This document shows, piece after piece, positions 27,529-36,497 of a stretch of 64,000 nucleotides of DNA; position 1 is the stretch's first letter, and every line of letters starts with the position of its first letter. The notes beneath the pieces were generated by a model, which was given only the letters and a program-made list of their open reading frames with translations, was not told the DNA's origin and made no database searches. The translations under genes were made by a program, and so were the position numbers. The stretch is from Chthoniobacterales bacterium (GTDB lineage: Bacteria > Verrucomicrobiota > Verrucomicrobiia > Chthoniobacterales > JAFAMB01), in assembly GCA_036401335.1 (NCBI GenBank), contig DASWVC010000033.1:291-64290 (forward strand). The letters run 5' to 3'.

Positions 27529-29253
27529 TCAGACGCCCTGGGGTCTGAAACCCAGCAACTGCCGTTCAATGGCTTCCAGCTGTTCTTCCACCGGCCGATG
27601 CCGCTCGGCTTCAGCCGCACAAAAACTCTCCAGGGGAGCAAAGGTCTGGCTGACTTCCTGATAGAAGACATCGATTGCGTGTTTGAGCTGGACCTTTACC
27701 GATTCAGTCAACTGGGTCCGTTTTTCATCCATCTGCCGGCGGTACTCCCGCAAGATCCGGCGTCGGCGGATTAACGCATAAACGGTTCCGCTCAAGGCCG
27801 CAACCCCCGCCAGGGTTCCCGTCACGTCGAGAATGGCCGTGTGTGTCAGGACGGCAATCACCGTGAACACCCCGCCCGCGGCGGCCACCCCCGTCGGAAT
27901 CCGCAGCCAGCGCGTCGTCTCCCCGAAAAGACTTTGCAATTGCTCTTTTATGCGCGCATCCGACGTCTGCTCCAGCAATGTCAGTTCCAGCCGCTGCAGC
28001 ACCGTCTGCCTTTGGGACAGAAATCCCGGCATGACGCTCCGCACGGCTTTTTTCGGATCGGTGGCAAACTGGGAATGCACCCGCTCTTGCAGATCCTGCC
28101 AAATCGAACGAAGGTCAGTTTCAAGCAAGGTCAGGGCATGTTCAAGCTGCGTCTGGACTTTCGCTTTGAGGTCGGTTTGCACCTGATCTTGAAAATCTTT
28201 TTCGGTGCCGCCCGCTCCCACCAAAGCCTTCAAGGTATGGCCGACGCTCAGGTTGTGCTCCAGCAAAGCCTCCCCGCGTTGACGGCAGGAATCGTATGCA
28301 ACCTCGATTTCGCGAACGAATCCGTCTAACTGCCGCACCGACTGAGCCTTGCGCGCTTCCAAGCCGCCCCTGATCGTGCTCAGCTTCTGTTGGTCGGACT
28401 TCAGCATCTCAAGGGAGGCCCGCAACCGGTCCCGCAGGGAGGCGGCCAGCACCCGGGCGGTTTGCTGGATGGAATCCAGCTTGCCGCCGCGCGCCTCGCT
28501 TTCCTGCACGGTTCGCGTGATCCAGGCTTCCAGTTCACCAAAGCGGCTTTCCTGCCAGCGTCGGTCTTCTTCCTGGGGCCCGGCTGTCAGCTTTGCCTCC
28601 AATGCCTTTCTCGCCGACACCGCAAAAACGGGACGGCTTGCGCCAAGGATCTGCAGGATCGTCTGGTTAAGGTGGCGGATGATGACTTCGACCTCCTCGG
28701 GGCTGCGGAGGTCGCTCTGCTGAAGCACAAAAATCAGGTTTTTGCGCCACTGCTGCCCGATCACCCGCAGCATGTCCCAGGCAGAGGCGGCCCAGGGATT
28801 GGTGATGGAAAAGACAAACAAAATCAGGTCGGCAACCGGAATAAAGTTCTCCGTGACCGTTTGGTGGTGAGCGACGATCGTGTTCGTGCCCGGCGTGTCC
28901 ACCACCTGAAAGTCCCGCAAAAAACCTACCGGCAAGTACCGTTCCGTCAGGTACTCGGAAACCGGTTGGTCGTGCGGAGGTTCGCCGAATTTGAAGACGT
29001 AAACCCGATCTGTCGCCGGCAAGACGTCCGCCTTGCAGAATTCCTGGCCGAAAAGCGCGTTGAGCAACGACGATTTGCCTGCCTTGACCTCGCCGACAAC
29101 CACGATCGTGAGTGGATCCGAAAGGCTGTTGACGAGGTCCTGCAGGGGTTGGGTGATCTCAGCCGGCGCGCTGGTCTGCCGGGCAAGGGCGTTCAGTGAG
29201 CCGAGGACTGCGGCCAGGGCGGATCGCCGTCTCAGGTATGGCTCGCCGATCAT
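27529..29253 (-). CDS. Dynamin-like GTPase (bacterial dynamin family) with C-terminal membrane hairpin
   Basis: P-loop GEVKAGKSSLLNALFG and DTPGTN (G3). A long helical stalk follows, then two hydrophobic segments near residues 450-495. The ATG at 29253 is preferred over the TTG at 29256. Confidence 0.75.
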   Translation of the reverse strand: MIGEPYLRRRSALAAVLGSLNALARQTSAPAEITQPLQDLVNSLSDPLTIVVVGEVKAGKSSLLNALFGQEFCKADVLPATDRVYVFKFGEPPHDQPVSEYLTERYLPVGFLRDFQVVDTPGTNTIVAHHQTVTENFIPVADLILFVFSITNPWAASAWDMLRVIGQQWRKNLIFVLQQSDLRSPEEVEVIIRHLNQTILQILGASRPVFAVSARKALEAKLTAGPQEEDRRWQESRFGELEAWITRTVQESEARGGKLDSIQQTARVLAASLRDRLRASLEMLKSDQQKLSTIRGGLEARKAQSVRQLDGFVREIEVAYDSCRQRGEALLEHNLSVGHTLKALVGAGGTEKDFQDQVQTDLKAKVQTQLEHALTLLETDLRSIWQDLQERVHSQFATDPKKAVRSVMPGFLSQRQTVLQRLELTLLEQTSDARIKEQLQSLFGETTRWLRIPTGVAAAGGVFTVIAVLTHTAILDVTGTLAGVAALSGTVYALIRRRRILREYRRQMDEKRTQLTESVKVQLKHAIDVFYQEVSQTFAPLESFCAAEAERHRPVEEQLEAIERQLLGFRPQGV

Positions 29254-29259
29254 CAAAGG

Positions 29260-30009
29260 TCAGTTGCTGGCCGAGTCGGCCCGGGTCACTGCCGGTGCGG
29301 GTGCGCCGGGAGCTTTGGGCCGGTTCCGGGCGATCAGTTCGCTTACCGTCACAAAGTGGTACCCCTTCGCGAGCAACGCATCGAGCGTAGCCGGCATGGC
29401 ATCTACGGTCTGTTTATGGATGTCGTGTGACAGGATGATGGCTCCCGGTTCTGCACCGCCCAGAATGCGTTCCTCAATCACCGCTGCACCTGGCCGCTTC
29501 CAGTCAAAAGGATCGACCGACCACAGGATCACATTAAGGTGAAAATCCTTCTCCACCCAGTCCCGCTGGCGCTGAGTCATCGCCCCGTACGGCGGGCGCA
29601 GCAGGGTGGGCGTGAAGCCGCTGGCCTGCCGGATGGCATCCTGGGTCTTACTGATTTCCTCCGTCACACGCTCGTCGCTGAGTTTGGAGAGTTGGGGGTG
29701 TGTCCAGGAATGGTTCCCCACTTCATGACCTTCGGCCAGGATGCGCTTCACCAGATCCGGATGTTCAGCCGCATTTTGCCCAATCAGAAAAAAGGTGGCC
29801 TTGATGCCGCGCTGTTTAAGCAAGTCAAGCAACCGCGGCGTGTTCTCGGCGCTGGGGCCGTCATCAAACGTCATCGCAAGCCATTTGCCATCCACATGGC
29901 ACGAAGAATAGGTGGCGGGTTTCGGGTCGGGCTTGGGAGCTCCCGTTTCCTGGGCAAAAATCCCGGCGGGCGCAAGCAGCAACGACGCGAGCACAAATCG
30001 AACAAACAT
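29260..30009 (-). CDS. Secreted polysaccharide deacetylase (NodB homology domain)
   Basis: Signal peptide plus TFDDGP, HSWTHP, RPPYG and LSHD motifs. Confidence 0.88.
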   Translation of the reverse strand: MFVRFVLASLLLAPAGIFAQETGAPKPDPKPATYSSCHVDGKWLAMTFDDGPSAENTPRLLDLLKQRGIKATFFLIGQNAAEHPDLVKRILAEGHEVGNHSWTHPQLSKLSDERVTEEISKTQDAIRQASGFTPTLLRPPYGAMTQRQRDWVEKDFHLNVILWSVDPFDWKRPGAAVIEERILGGAEPGAIILSHDIHKQTVDAMPATLDALLAKGYHFVTVSELIARNRPKAPGAPAPAVTRADSASN

Positions 30010-30012
30010 GGG

Positions 30013-30876
30013 TTAAATAAAGCGGTTCAAGATTACTTCTAACTTTTTCACTGTACCATCAGGCCAAAATTTGCGCGGCGTTACCAATGCAGTGTCCAAC
30101 GCGCAATGCTCCGGCCAGGTAGGTTCCGTCGGAATCCGCTCCACGACGCTTCGCAGGATGCGACGCGCAGCTTCAGCGTTGGCCATCAGGTGCTCAAGGA
30201 TGGCTTGCGCACTCACTGGTTCAACGTGAGTTTTCCAACCGTCGAAGTCGGTGACGAAGCTCATGCTGGCAAATGCGATTTCGGCCTCGCGCGCCAGCTT
30301 GGCTTCCGGGGCGCAGGTCATGCCGATCACCGCAAACCCCTGGCGACGGTAAAACTCCGACTCAGCCCGGGTGGAGAACGCCGGGCCGTCCATGTTCACA
30401 TACGTGCCTCCGTTGTGCGCCGTGCAACCAAGCGCAGCCGCTTCCTCGGCCAGGATCCGCCGCAGCTGCGGACTGACCGGGTCGGCAAAGCTGACGTGGG
30501 CAACGATGCCCGCGCCAAAAAACGTGTGGTCACCACGCTGGCTTGTGCGATCAAAAAATTGGTCCGGCAGCACCAGATGACGTGGTTCATACCGGTCCTG
30601 CAAACTGCCCACCGCCCCAACGCTAATAATCCAGCGCACGCCAACGGAGCGCAATGCGTAAAGGTTGGCCCGGTGGTTCAGTTCGGTCGGCAAGATACGG
30701 TGACCCCGGCCGTGGCGCGGTAGAAAGAACACGGTCCGGTCCTGGAATCGGCCTTCCACCAGCTCATCGGAGGGTGACCCGAAAGGGGTCCCGACCGCGA
30801 GAGACCTCGGGTTTTCCAAACCCTCGATCTGGTAGAGCCCGCTGCCTCCAATGATCCCGATGGCGTTTTCCGGCAT
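30013..30876 (-). CDS. mtnP: S-methyl-5'-thioadenosine phosphorylase
   Basis: Start at MPENAIGIIGGSGLY (ATG at 30874-30876, checked). FLPRHGRGH and the PNP/MTAP family pattern. Confidence 0.9.
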   Translation of the reverse strand: MPENAIGIIGGSGLYQIEGLENPRSLAVGTPFGSPSDELVEGRFQDRTVFFLPRHGRGHRILPTELNHRANLYALRSVGVRWIISVGAVGSLQDRYEPRHLVLPDQFFDRTSQRGDHTFFGAGIVAHVSFADPVSPQLRRILAEEAAALGCTAHNGGTYVNMDGPAFSTRAESEFYRRQGFAVIGMTCAPEAKLAREAEIAFASMSFVTDFDGWKTHVEPVSAQAILEHLMANAEAARRILRSVVERIPTEPTWPEHCALDTALVTPRKFWPDGTVKKLEVILNRFI

Positions 30877-31068
30877 GCCCGAGCATCTTCCGAGAGATCT
30901 GGAAAAACGCAACGGTCACCGTGCGCGGCGGCGGAAATTGATGAACCGTACCAATGCTACGAATGCCACCGCGGTAACAAACGGAACCAGTCGGATCAAG
31001 GCTGCCACGGCATCTCCGGCGGAAAAGCGCAGGCGCGGCTTTTGTTAACCATACACCGGTGGCACCAA

Positions 31069-31202
31069 GACAAGGGTTCTTGGGCCCTCAATGGGCACCG
31101 GCTCGAGCGGCGCTCCGGCAGGGCGGTGAGTCCTTTCGCCGCGTCCACGCGCCGAGACGAGGGCCTTTCGGGCCCAAAAACCCTTGTCTATAGTGCCCAT
31201 TG
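31069..31202. repeat. Block-swapped inverted repeat (A-B ... A'-B')
   Basis: A (31069-31087, gacaagggttcttgggccc) is complementary to A' (31170-31188) at 18 of 19 positions. B (31088-31098, tcaatgggcac) is complementary to B' (31193-31202) at 10 of 10 positions. The block order is not that of a simple hairpin. Confidence 0.4.
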
Positions 31203-31399
31203 CCCCGGCGCCTTCTTGCCGCCGCCGTGCATCACCAGGTCGGCCGCCAGAATAAGCCCACCGCCGACCACGAGGGACAACGAAAAAGTCTCGTCCACCT
31301 ACCTGATGCCAGCAAGGCGGGAAAGAACAGGGTAAACAGCGAAGCAAATAAAGGCTCAAAGGTGTAGATCACGCCCGCTTCAACCGCGCTGGCCGGTTC
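31188..31399 (-). pseudogene. C-terminal remnant of a DMT/EamA-type transporter (frameshifted, no N-terminal part)
   Basis: Manual translation gives AVEAGVIYTFEPLFASLFTLFFPALLASG. After a frame change it continues VDETFSLSLVVGGGLILAADLVM, resembling the last two TMs of EamA-family proteins. A stop codon lies immediately upstream. Confidence 0.4.
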
Positions 31400-31771
31400 A
31401 GAAATAAATAAAACATTTTTAGGATTTTTGAATAGCTGTCACTAATAATTAGTCCGGAAAACAAGCAAAAGGGGGTATGCTTCAGGCAACGCGGCCGTTC
31501 AATCAACCTGCACATGCTTCGCATGGCAGCGATGCCGTGAACCAGACCCGAGAGGAGAGAATAATCGTGAAAAAACTTTAGGGTATCCATTCAGACCCGA
31601 ATGAGAATGCCATAATAACAGGAAAATCTATGGGAGAAGGATTTTTGACGTATTTGGCTGCCGGTTCACCCGAACCGGAGTTGCCTCAGCTGGGGCGCGG
31701 CCGTGCCAAGGGAGGGTTGTTTTGCTTGGGATTGGGGGCCAGACCCGGTCGAACGGTCCGGCCTGCTTAAC

Positions 31772-34700
31772 ATGAACCCTCTTTCCCACGAATCATCGGC
31801 CTCTCCCCGTGAGAGAACCGTTCCTCTGACGGAGTCGCAGAAGGGGCTTTACACGCTGTGCGCGATGGACCCGGGTGCCTCCCGGGCCTATAACGAATCC
31901 TTAACGTGCCGTCTGCGCGGGCCGTACAACCACGCGGCCATGGAAGCTGCATTCCAGGTTTTGGCCGACACGCATGAGGCTTTGCGGGCGCGGGTTGATC
32001 CCGATGGAGAATCTCAAACCATTGCGCGCTCAGTGCACTTTCCGGTGCCTTTGGGTGACCTGACAGCGCTGCCGGGCGAAACCCGGGCGGCGGAGACGGC
32101 AAGGCTGTTGCACGAATTTTCCCAGGTCCTTTTCGATCCCGCAAAGCCACCGCTTTTCCGAGCCATGGTGGTGAAGCAAGACGAGGACGTTCACCTGCTC
32201 ACGGTAACGCATGGAGCGATCTACGGAAACGGTCCGTCCCGCAAGAACATCGTTGAGCAGGCGCTGGACGTTTACGCAGCCAGGGACGGTCGCGTGCCTC
32301 CGATGCAACTGTCGGAGTACGTGGCGCGGCGTGCATTGGATGAGAATGATCCGCGGCACGAGGCATTCTGGACCCACGAGTTTCCGGATGCCCCGGTCCC
32401 GCTGGAGTTGCCCTCGGACTTCCCACGGCCGCCGGCCCCGTCGTACCGCGGTGAGCGTGCCTGGAGAACGGTGGATAAACAGACCACCGCTGCCCTCCGG
32501 CAAGTTGCGTCGGCCCACCAATGTTCCTTGTTCGCATTGGTCCTGACCACCTGGCAGGTGTTGCTGCACCGTCTCTCCGGCCAGGATGACTTGGTGGTGG
32601 GCGTCCCTTCCGACAGCAGGCTCCGGTCCGCGCACCCGGGCGGACCGGCGTTGATCGCAAATACCACCAACCTGCTGCCGCTACGAAGCCGCTTCAACGC
32701 CGGAATGCGTTTTTCGGAGCAACTGGAACGGACCAGGCAATTGGTCGCCGGTGCGATCGAGCACCAAGAATATTTTTTCGGCCGTATCCTGGATCGGCTG
32801 AACCTGGTGCGGGACCCGGCAAGATCGCCCCTTTTTTCTGTAGCCTTGAATTTTCAAAAGGCTTTTCGATTTGCCCCGGCAGGCGCTCTGGAGGCAGAAC
32901 CGCTAAGGCACGAATACCCTTACCAGGCGGCCAGGAACTCCGCCGCTTTTGACCTTTTTCTCCATGTCACGGACCAGGGATCGGCCCTCGAGCTGCACGC
33001 TGATTTCTGCTCCGACCTTTTTCTGCCGGAAACGGTCGAGCGGTGGCTGAAACACCTGTGCGCGCTGTTTGAGAGCGTAGTGGCGGACCCGGGCGGTCAG
33101 TGCCAGGCACTGCCGATCCTCACCTCCGCGGAGCGAACCTGCCTGCTGCAAGGTTGGAACGAGACGCACCGCGATTACCCCACCGACATTTTTCTGCATC
33201 AATTCGTCGAGCGGCAGGTTGCACGGACCCCGGACGGCGTCGCCGTGGTCTATGAAGGCGATCTCCTGACGTACGGCGAACTCAACGCCCGGGCCAACCG
33301 AATAGCGCACCGGTTGCAGGCGCTGGGCATTGCTCCGGGAGCGTTGGTGGGCCTCCTGGCCGAGCGGTCGCCGGAAATGGTGATCGGGATCCTGGCGATC
33401 TTGAAAGCCGGTGGAGCTTACGTGCCGCTGGAGCCGAATTACCCGGAGGAGCGTTTGCATTTCCTCTTGCAAGACGCGCAATCTTCCGTGGTGCTGCTCC
33501 AACGACGTTACCGGCCCAAGGTGGCAGGGTTTCAGGGGCTGGTAGTCGAGTTGGAAGCGGATTTCACCACCGAAGGGGACGCCAACCCGGTCAGCGGCGT
33601 GGGGCGGGGAGACGCCGCCTACGTGATTTACACGTCCGGATCTACTGGAAAACCCAAAGGCGTTCTGAACTCGCACGGCGGGCTGGCGAACTGGTTGTTC
33701 TGGATGCAGGAGACTTTTCCGATGGGATCCGGGGACACGATGCTGTTCAAAGCCCCGTTCACCTTTGATGTCTCGGTCCGCGAGGTGTTCATGCCTTTGG
33801 CGGTTGGCGGGTGCATGGTGGTCGCGCGGCCCGGGTTGCATGGAGACAGCCGGCACCTGGTCGACCTCACTACCCGTCATGGCGTGACCATCCTGCATTT
33901 TGTGCCGCCGATGCTGGCCGCGTTCCTTGAGGACCGTGACGTCCGGCGGTGCTCCTCCCTTCGCCTGGTCATGTGCAGCGGCGATGCGCTTTCGTACGAT
34001 TTACAGGAGCGTTTTTTCGACGTTTTCCCCGGCCTTGAGCTCCACAACATGTGGGGCGCGACCGAGCACGCCCCGGAGTCGACCCACTGGCGGTGCGTGC
34101 CCGGACGTCGGAACGGGATCGTCGCCGTTGGCCGCCCGGGTGCGAACACGCAGCTGTACATCCTGGACCGAGCTTTCCAACCGGTCCCCATCGGGGTAAC
34201 GGGGGAAGCTTACCTCGGCGGGGTGCAGACCGCGTTGGGCTACCTGGGCCGCCCCGAGTTGACGGCCCAGAAATTCCTTCCGAACCCATACCACCCGGGC
34301 ACGCTGTACCGAACCGGCGATCTCGGCCGTTTTCGACCCGACGGGGTGATGGAGTTCATGGGCCGGATTGACTTCCAGGTCAAACTGCGCGGGTTCCGCG
34401 TCGAGCTGGGCGAGATAGAGGCGGTCCTCCTCAAGCACGCTGGGATCCGCGAATGCGTCGCGGCTGTGCGGGGCGCGCCTTCGGACCCGGCCAAACGCCT
34501 GGTCGCCTACCTCGTGGGGGATCCAGCTCCAGTGGACAGCCTGCGGCGGCACGCGGCGCTCAGTTTGCCGGAATACATGGTGCCGTCGGCGTTTGTCTTC
34601 CTGGATCGGCTTCCCGTAACCGCGAACGGCAAACTGGATCGGTCAGCGCTTCCCGAGCCCGCCATGGAGGTGCGGGTGGCCAGGGAGCCGAGGGATGCAA

Positions 34701-35800
34701 CGGAAGCACAGCTGATTGCAATCTGGGAGAAGGTACTGGGCCGGTCGCCGGTAGGGGTGACCGACAACTTCTTTGACCTCGGGGGTAATTCCCTTCTTGC
34801 CTTGAAAGCATTTAGCTTGATCCGGGAAGTCGTGGGGGTGAACCTGCCGCTGGCGACGTTGTTTCAGGCACCGAACGTCGAAAGGTTGGCGGCCAAAGTG
34901 CGGGAAACGGCTGCAGACCAGGAATGGGAGCCGCTGGTGGCAATCCAGTTGCAGGGCAGCCGTCCGCCTTTCTTTGCGGTGCATGGCCGAAATGGCAACG
35001 TCCTTTTCTACCGTAAGCTTTCCGAGCTGCTGGGGTCCCAGCAACCCTTTTATGGGCTGCAATCCCAGGGACTGGACGGCAAACCGATGCTCCGCTCCAC
35101 CGTAGAAGAAATCGGTGAGTACTACTTGGAGAAGATCCGTGCGGTGCAACCGCAGGGTCCCTACCTGCTCGGCGGCTATTCGTTCGGGGCGGTGGCAGCT
35201 TACGAGATCGCCCGCCGCCTGCGAGAGCAGGGGGAGGAGATTGCGCTCCTGGCAATGTTCGACATTTACAACCCGGCACGACCGCCCCGGCTGCTTTCCT
35301 ACACAGAAAAGTTCCGGCATCGCATCATGGATGCGGAAGCACGAACGCCTAACCGGGTCCTGCAGTTCCTCGCCCGCCGGACCAAAGGCCGGGTAAGTGA
35401 ACGGTTGCTAAAGTGGAATGAGCTTTCCCGTCGGTTACTGTTGCAAACGGTGAAACGGACCGAGGACAACTCGCCGGAACTCGTGGATCTTCACGTCCAG
35501 ATGGTTCACGAACGCGCGTTTGTCTCCTACCGGCCCAGGCCATTCAATGGAAAAATCACCCTTTTCCGGGCGCTCATGGTGCCGGATGGGTATGAGTATG
35601 AGGCAGAAATGGGGTGGACCGGGTTGGCCGCTCAAGGCATCGAGATTCACGACGTTCCCGGCGATCATTTCACCATCTTCCACGAGGAAAATGTGCCGAT
35701 GCTGGCCGAAAAACTTTCGGCCTGCATCGAGGCGGCTCTAACAAGCATTGGTTCGGGTTCAAGCCCGTCCATGCACCCGGCACCTTATCCCAGCCGATAG
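31772..35800 (+). CDS. Single-module non-ribosomal peptide synthetase, C-A-T-TE
   Basis: C domain: [11 protein letters not shown] and [10 protein letters not shown] domain: [69 protein letters not shown] and NGKLDR. T domain: [11 protein letters not shown] domain: GYSFG and GDH. An alternative start is the GTG at 31703. Confidence 0.9.
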   Translation: MNPLSHESSASPRERTVPLTESQKGLYTLCAMDPGASRAYNESLTCRLRGPYNHAAMEAAFQVLADTHEALRARVDPDGESQTIARSVHFPVPLGDLTALPGETRAAETARLLHEFSQVLFDPAKPPLFRAMVVKQDEDVHLLTVTHGAIYGNGPSRKNIVEQALDVYAARDGRVPPMQLSEYVARRALDENDPRHEAFWTHEFPDAPVPLELPSDFPRPPAPSYRGERAWRTVDKQTTAALRQVASAHQCSLFALVLTTWQVLLHRLSGQDDLVVGVPSDSRLRSAHPGGPALIANTTNLLPLRSRFNAGMRFSEQLERTRQLVAGAIEHQEYFFGRILDRLNLVRDPARSPLFSVALNFQKAFRFAPAGALEAEPLRHEYPYQAARNSAAFDLFLHVTDQGSALELHADFCSDLFLPETVERWLKHLCALFESVVADPGGQCQALPILTSAERTCLLQGWNETHRDYPTDIFLHQFVERQVARTPDGVAVVYEGDLLTYGELNARANRIAHRLQALGIAPGALVGLLAERSPEMVIGILAILKAGGAYVPLEPNYPEERLHFLLQDAQSSVVLLQRRYRPKVAGFQGLVVELEADFTTEGDANPVSGVGRGDAAYVIYTSGSTGKPKGVLNSHGGLANWLFWMQETFPMGSGDTMLFKAPFTFDVSVREVFMPLAVGGCMVVARPGLHGDSRHLVDLTTRHGVTILHFVPPMLAAFLEDRDVRRCSSLRLVMCSGDALSYDLQERFFDVFPGLELHNMWGATEHAPESTHWRCVPGRRNGIVAVGRPGANTQLYILDRAFQPVPIGVTGEAYLGGVQTALGYLGRPELTAQKFLPNPYHPGTLYRTGDLGRFRPDGVMEFMGRIDFQVKLRGFRVELGEIEAVLLKHAGIRECVAAVRGAPSDPAKRLVAYLVGDPAPVDSLRRHAALSLPEYMVPSAFVFLDRLPVTANGKLDRSALPEPAMEVRVAREPRDATEAQLIAIWEKVLGRSPVGVTDNFFDLGGNSLLALKAFSLIREVVGVNLPLATLFQAPNVERLAAKVRETAADQEWEPLVAIQLQGSRPPFFAVHGRNGNVLFYRKLSELLGSQQPFYGLQSQGLDGKPMLRSTVEEIGEYYLEKIRAVQPQGPYLLGGYSFGAVAAYEIARRLREQGEEIALLAMFDIYNPARPPRLLSYTEKFRHRIMDAEARTPNRVLQFLARRTKGRVSERLLKWNELSRRLLLQTVKRTEDNSPELVDLHVQMVHERAFVSYRPRPFNGKITLFRALMVPDGYEYEAEMGWTGLAAQGIEIHDVPGDHFTIFHEENVPMLAEKLSACIEAALTSIGSGSSPSMHPAPYPSR

Positions 35801-36003
35801 ACGATGCGGCCCTTGGTGAGGTCGTAAGGCGACATCTCCAAACGCACGCGGTCACCAAGGTTAAGCCGGATGAAGCGTTTGCGCATCTTGCCGGAAATGT
35901 GAGCCAAAATGACGTGTTTGTTCCCAAGCTCAACCCGGAACATGGTCCCGGGCAGTACTGCAACGATTTTGCCTTCAGTTACTATTTCGGATTCAGCGGG
36001 CAT
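35785..36003 (-). CDS. infA: Translation initiation factor IF-1
   Basis: 72 aa. [16 protein letters not shown]...ISGKMRK..IR...GD.V..E.SPYDL.KGRI.YR. Its 3' end overlaps the NRPS 3' end by 16 bp (convergent). Confidence 0.95.
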   Translation of the reverse strand: MPAESEIVTEGKIVAVLPGTMFRVELGNKHVILAHISGKMRKRFIRLNLGDRVRLEMSPYDLTKGRIVYRLG

Positions 36004-36104
36004 AAAGCAGACTAAAAACCTTCATTGACGGCCGGTTTACCCTGCAGGCGGACTTTTCGCCGGGAACGCTAAACCATGGTTCCCAGGTCAAGCCGCCGCT
36101 GGCA

Positions 36105-36272
36105 TCAGCGACCTGCGCGTGAGAACGACCGGGCGGCGCGCGCACCACCGGATCGATCTTCTTTCGACCGGGCCACATTGACGGTAAGCGCGCGACCGGC
36201 AAGCTGCCCCAAGACCTTTTCAAGGTTCTTGGTGCCGGTATGAAACGACAAATTTCCTAAATAAATTTTCAT
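36105..36272 (-). pseudogene. Internally deleted RRM RNA-binding protein gene (55-codon in-frame remnant lacking RNP1)
   Basis: MKIYLGNLSFHTGTKNLEKVLGQLAG aligns to beta1-alpha1 of the 2868-3209 paralog, and GRALTVNVARSKEDR aligns to its beta4 and tail. About 42 residues, including RNP1, are missing. Confidence 0.55.
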
Positions 36273-36497
36273 GGATTGAGGTGATTCGATTGCCAGCTCC
36301 ACAGCCGTTCCCGAAAACCGGATTTCAAATCACCACCGAGAAATAACCTCACCTGACGATCCACCGCGCTTCGAATTCGACCAACCGGAAACCAGCATCG
36401 TTCGTCCAACCGAAAACGCAAGAAAAGCTTTCCGTTCACCAGCGGAGCCGCCGACGCGGGAAGAAGCGCCGCGGCTCTAAAGCCAGAACCTGCGCGT

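Noticed and set aside
30916-31005. Short hydrophobic ORF (…AVAALIRLVPFVTAVAFVALVRFINFRRRAR) just upstream of the MTAP gene
   Set aside because: It has no ATG and only an internal GTG giving about 30 aa. It shows no family similarity. It may be another membrane-protein remnant, but the evidence is a single hydrophobic stretch.
31369-31590. 73-aa minus-strand ORF inside the AT-rich patch upstream of the NRPS
   Set aside because: It has no recognisable family, an odd composition and no obvious ribosome-binding site. Its 3' end runs into the DMT remnant in a different frame. It is more likely non-coding or decayed sequence, though an expressed small protein cannot be excluded.
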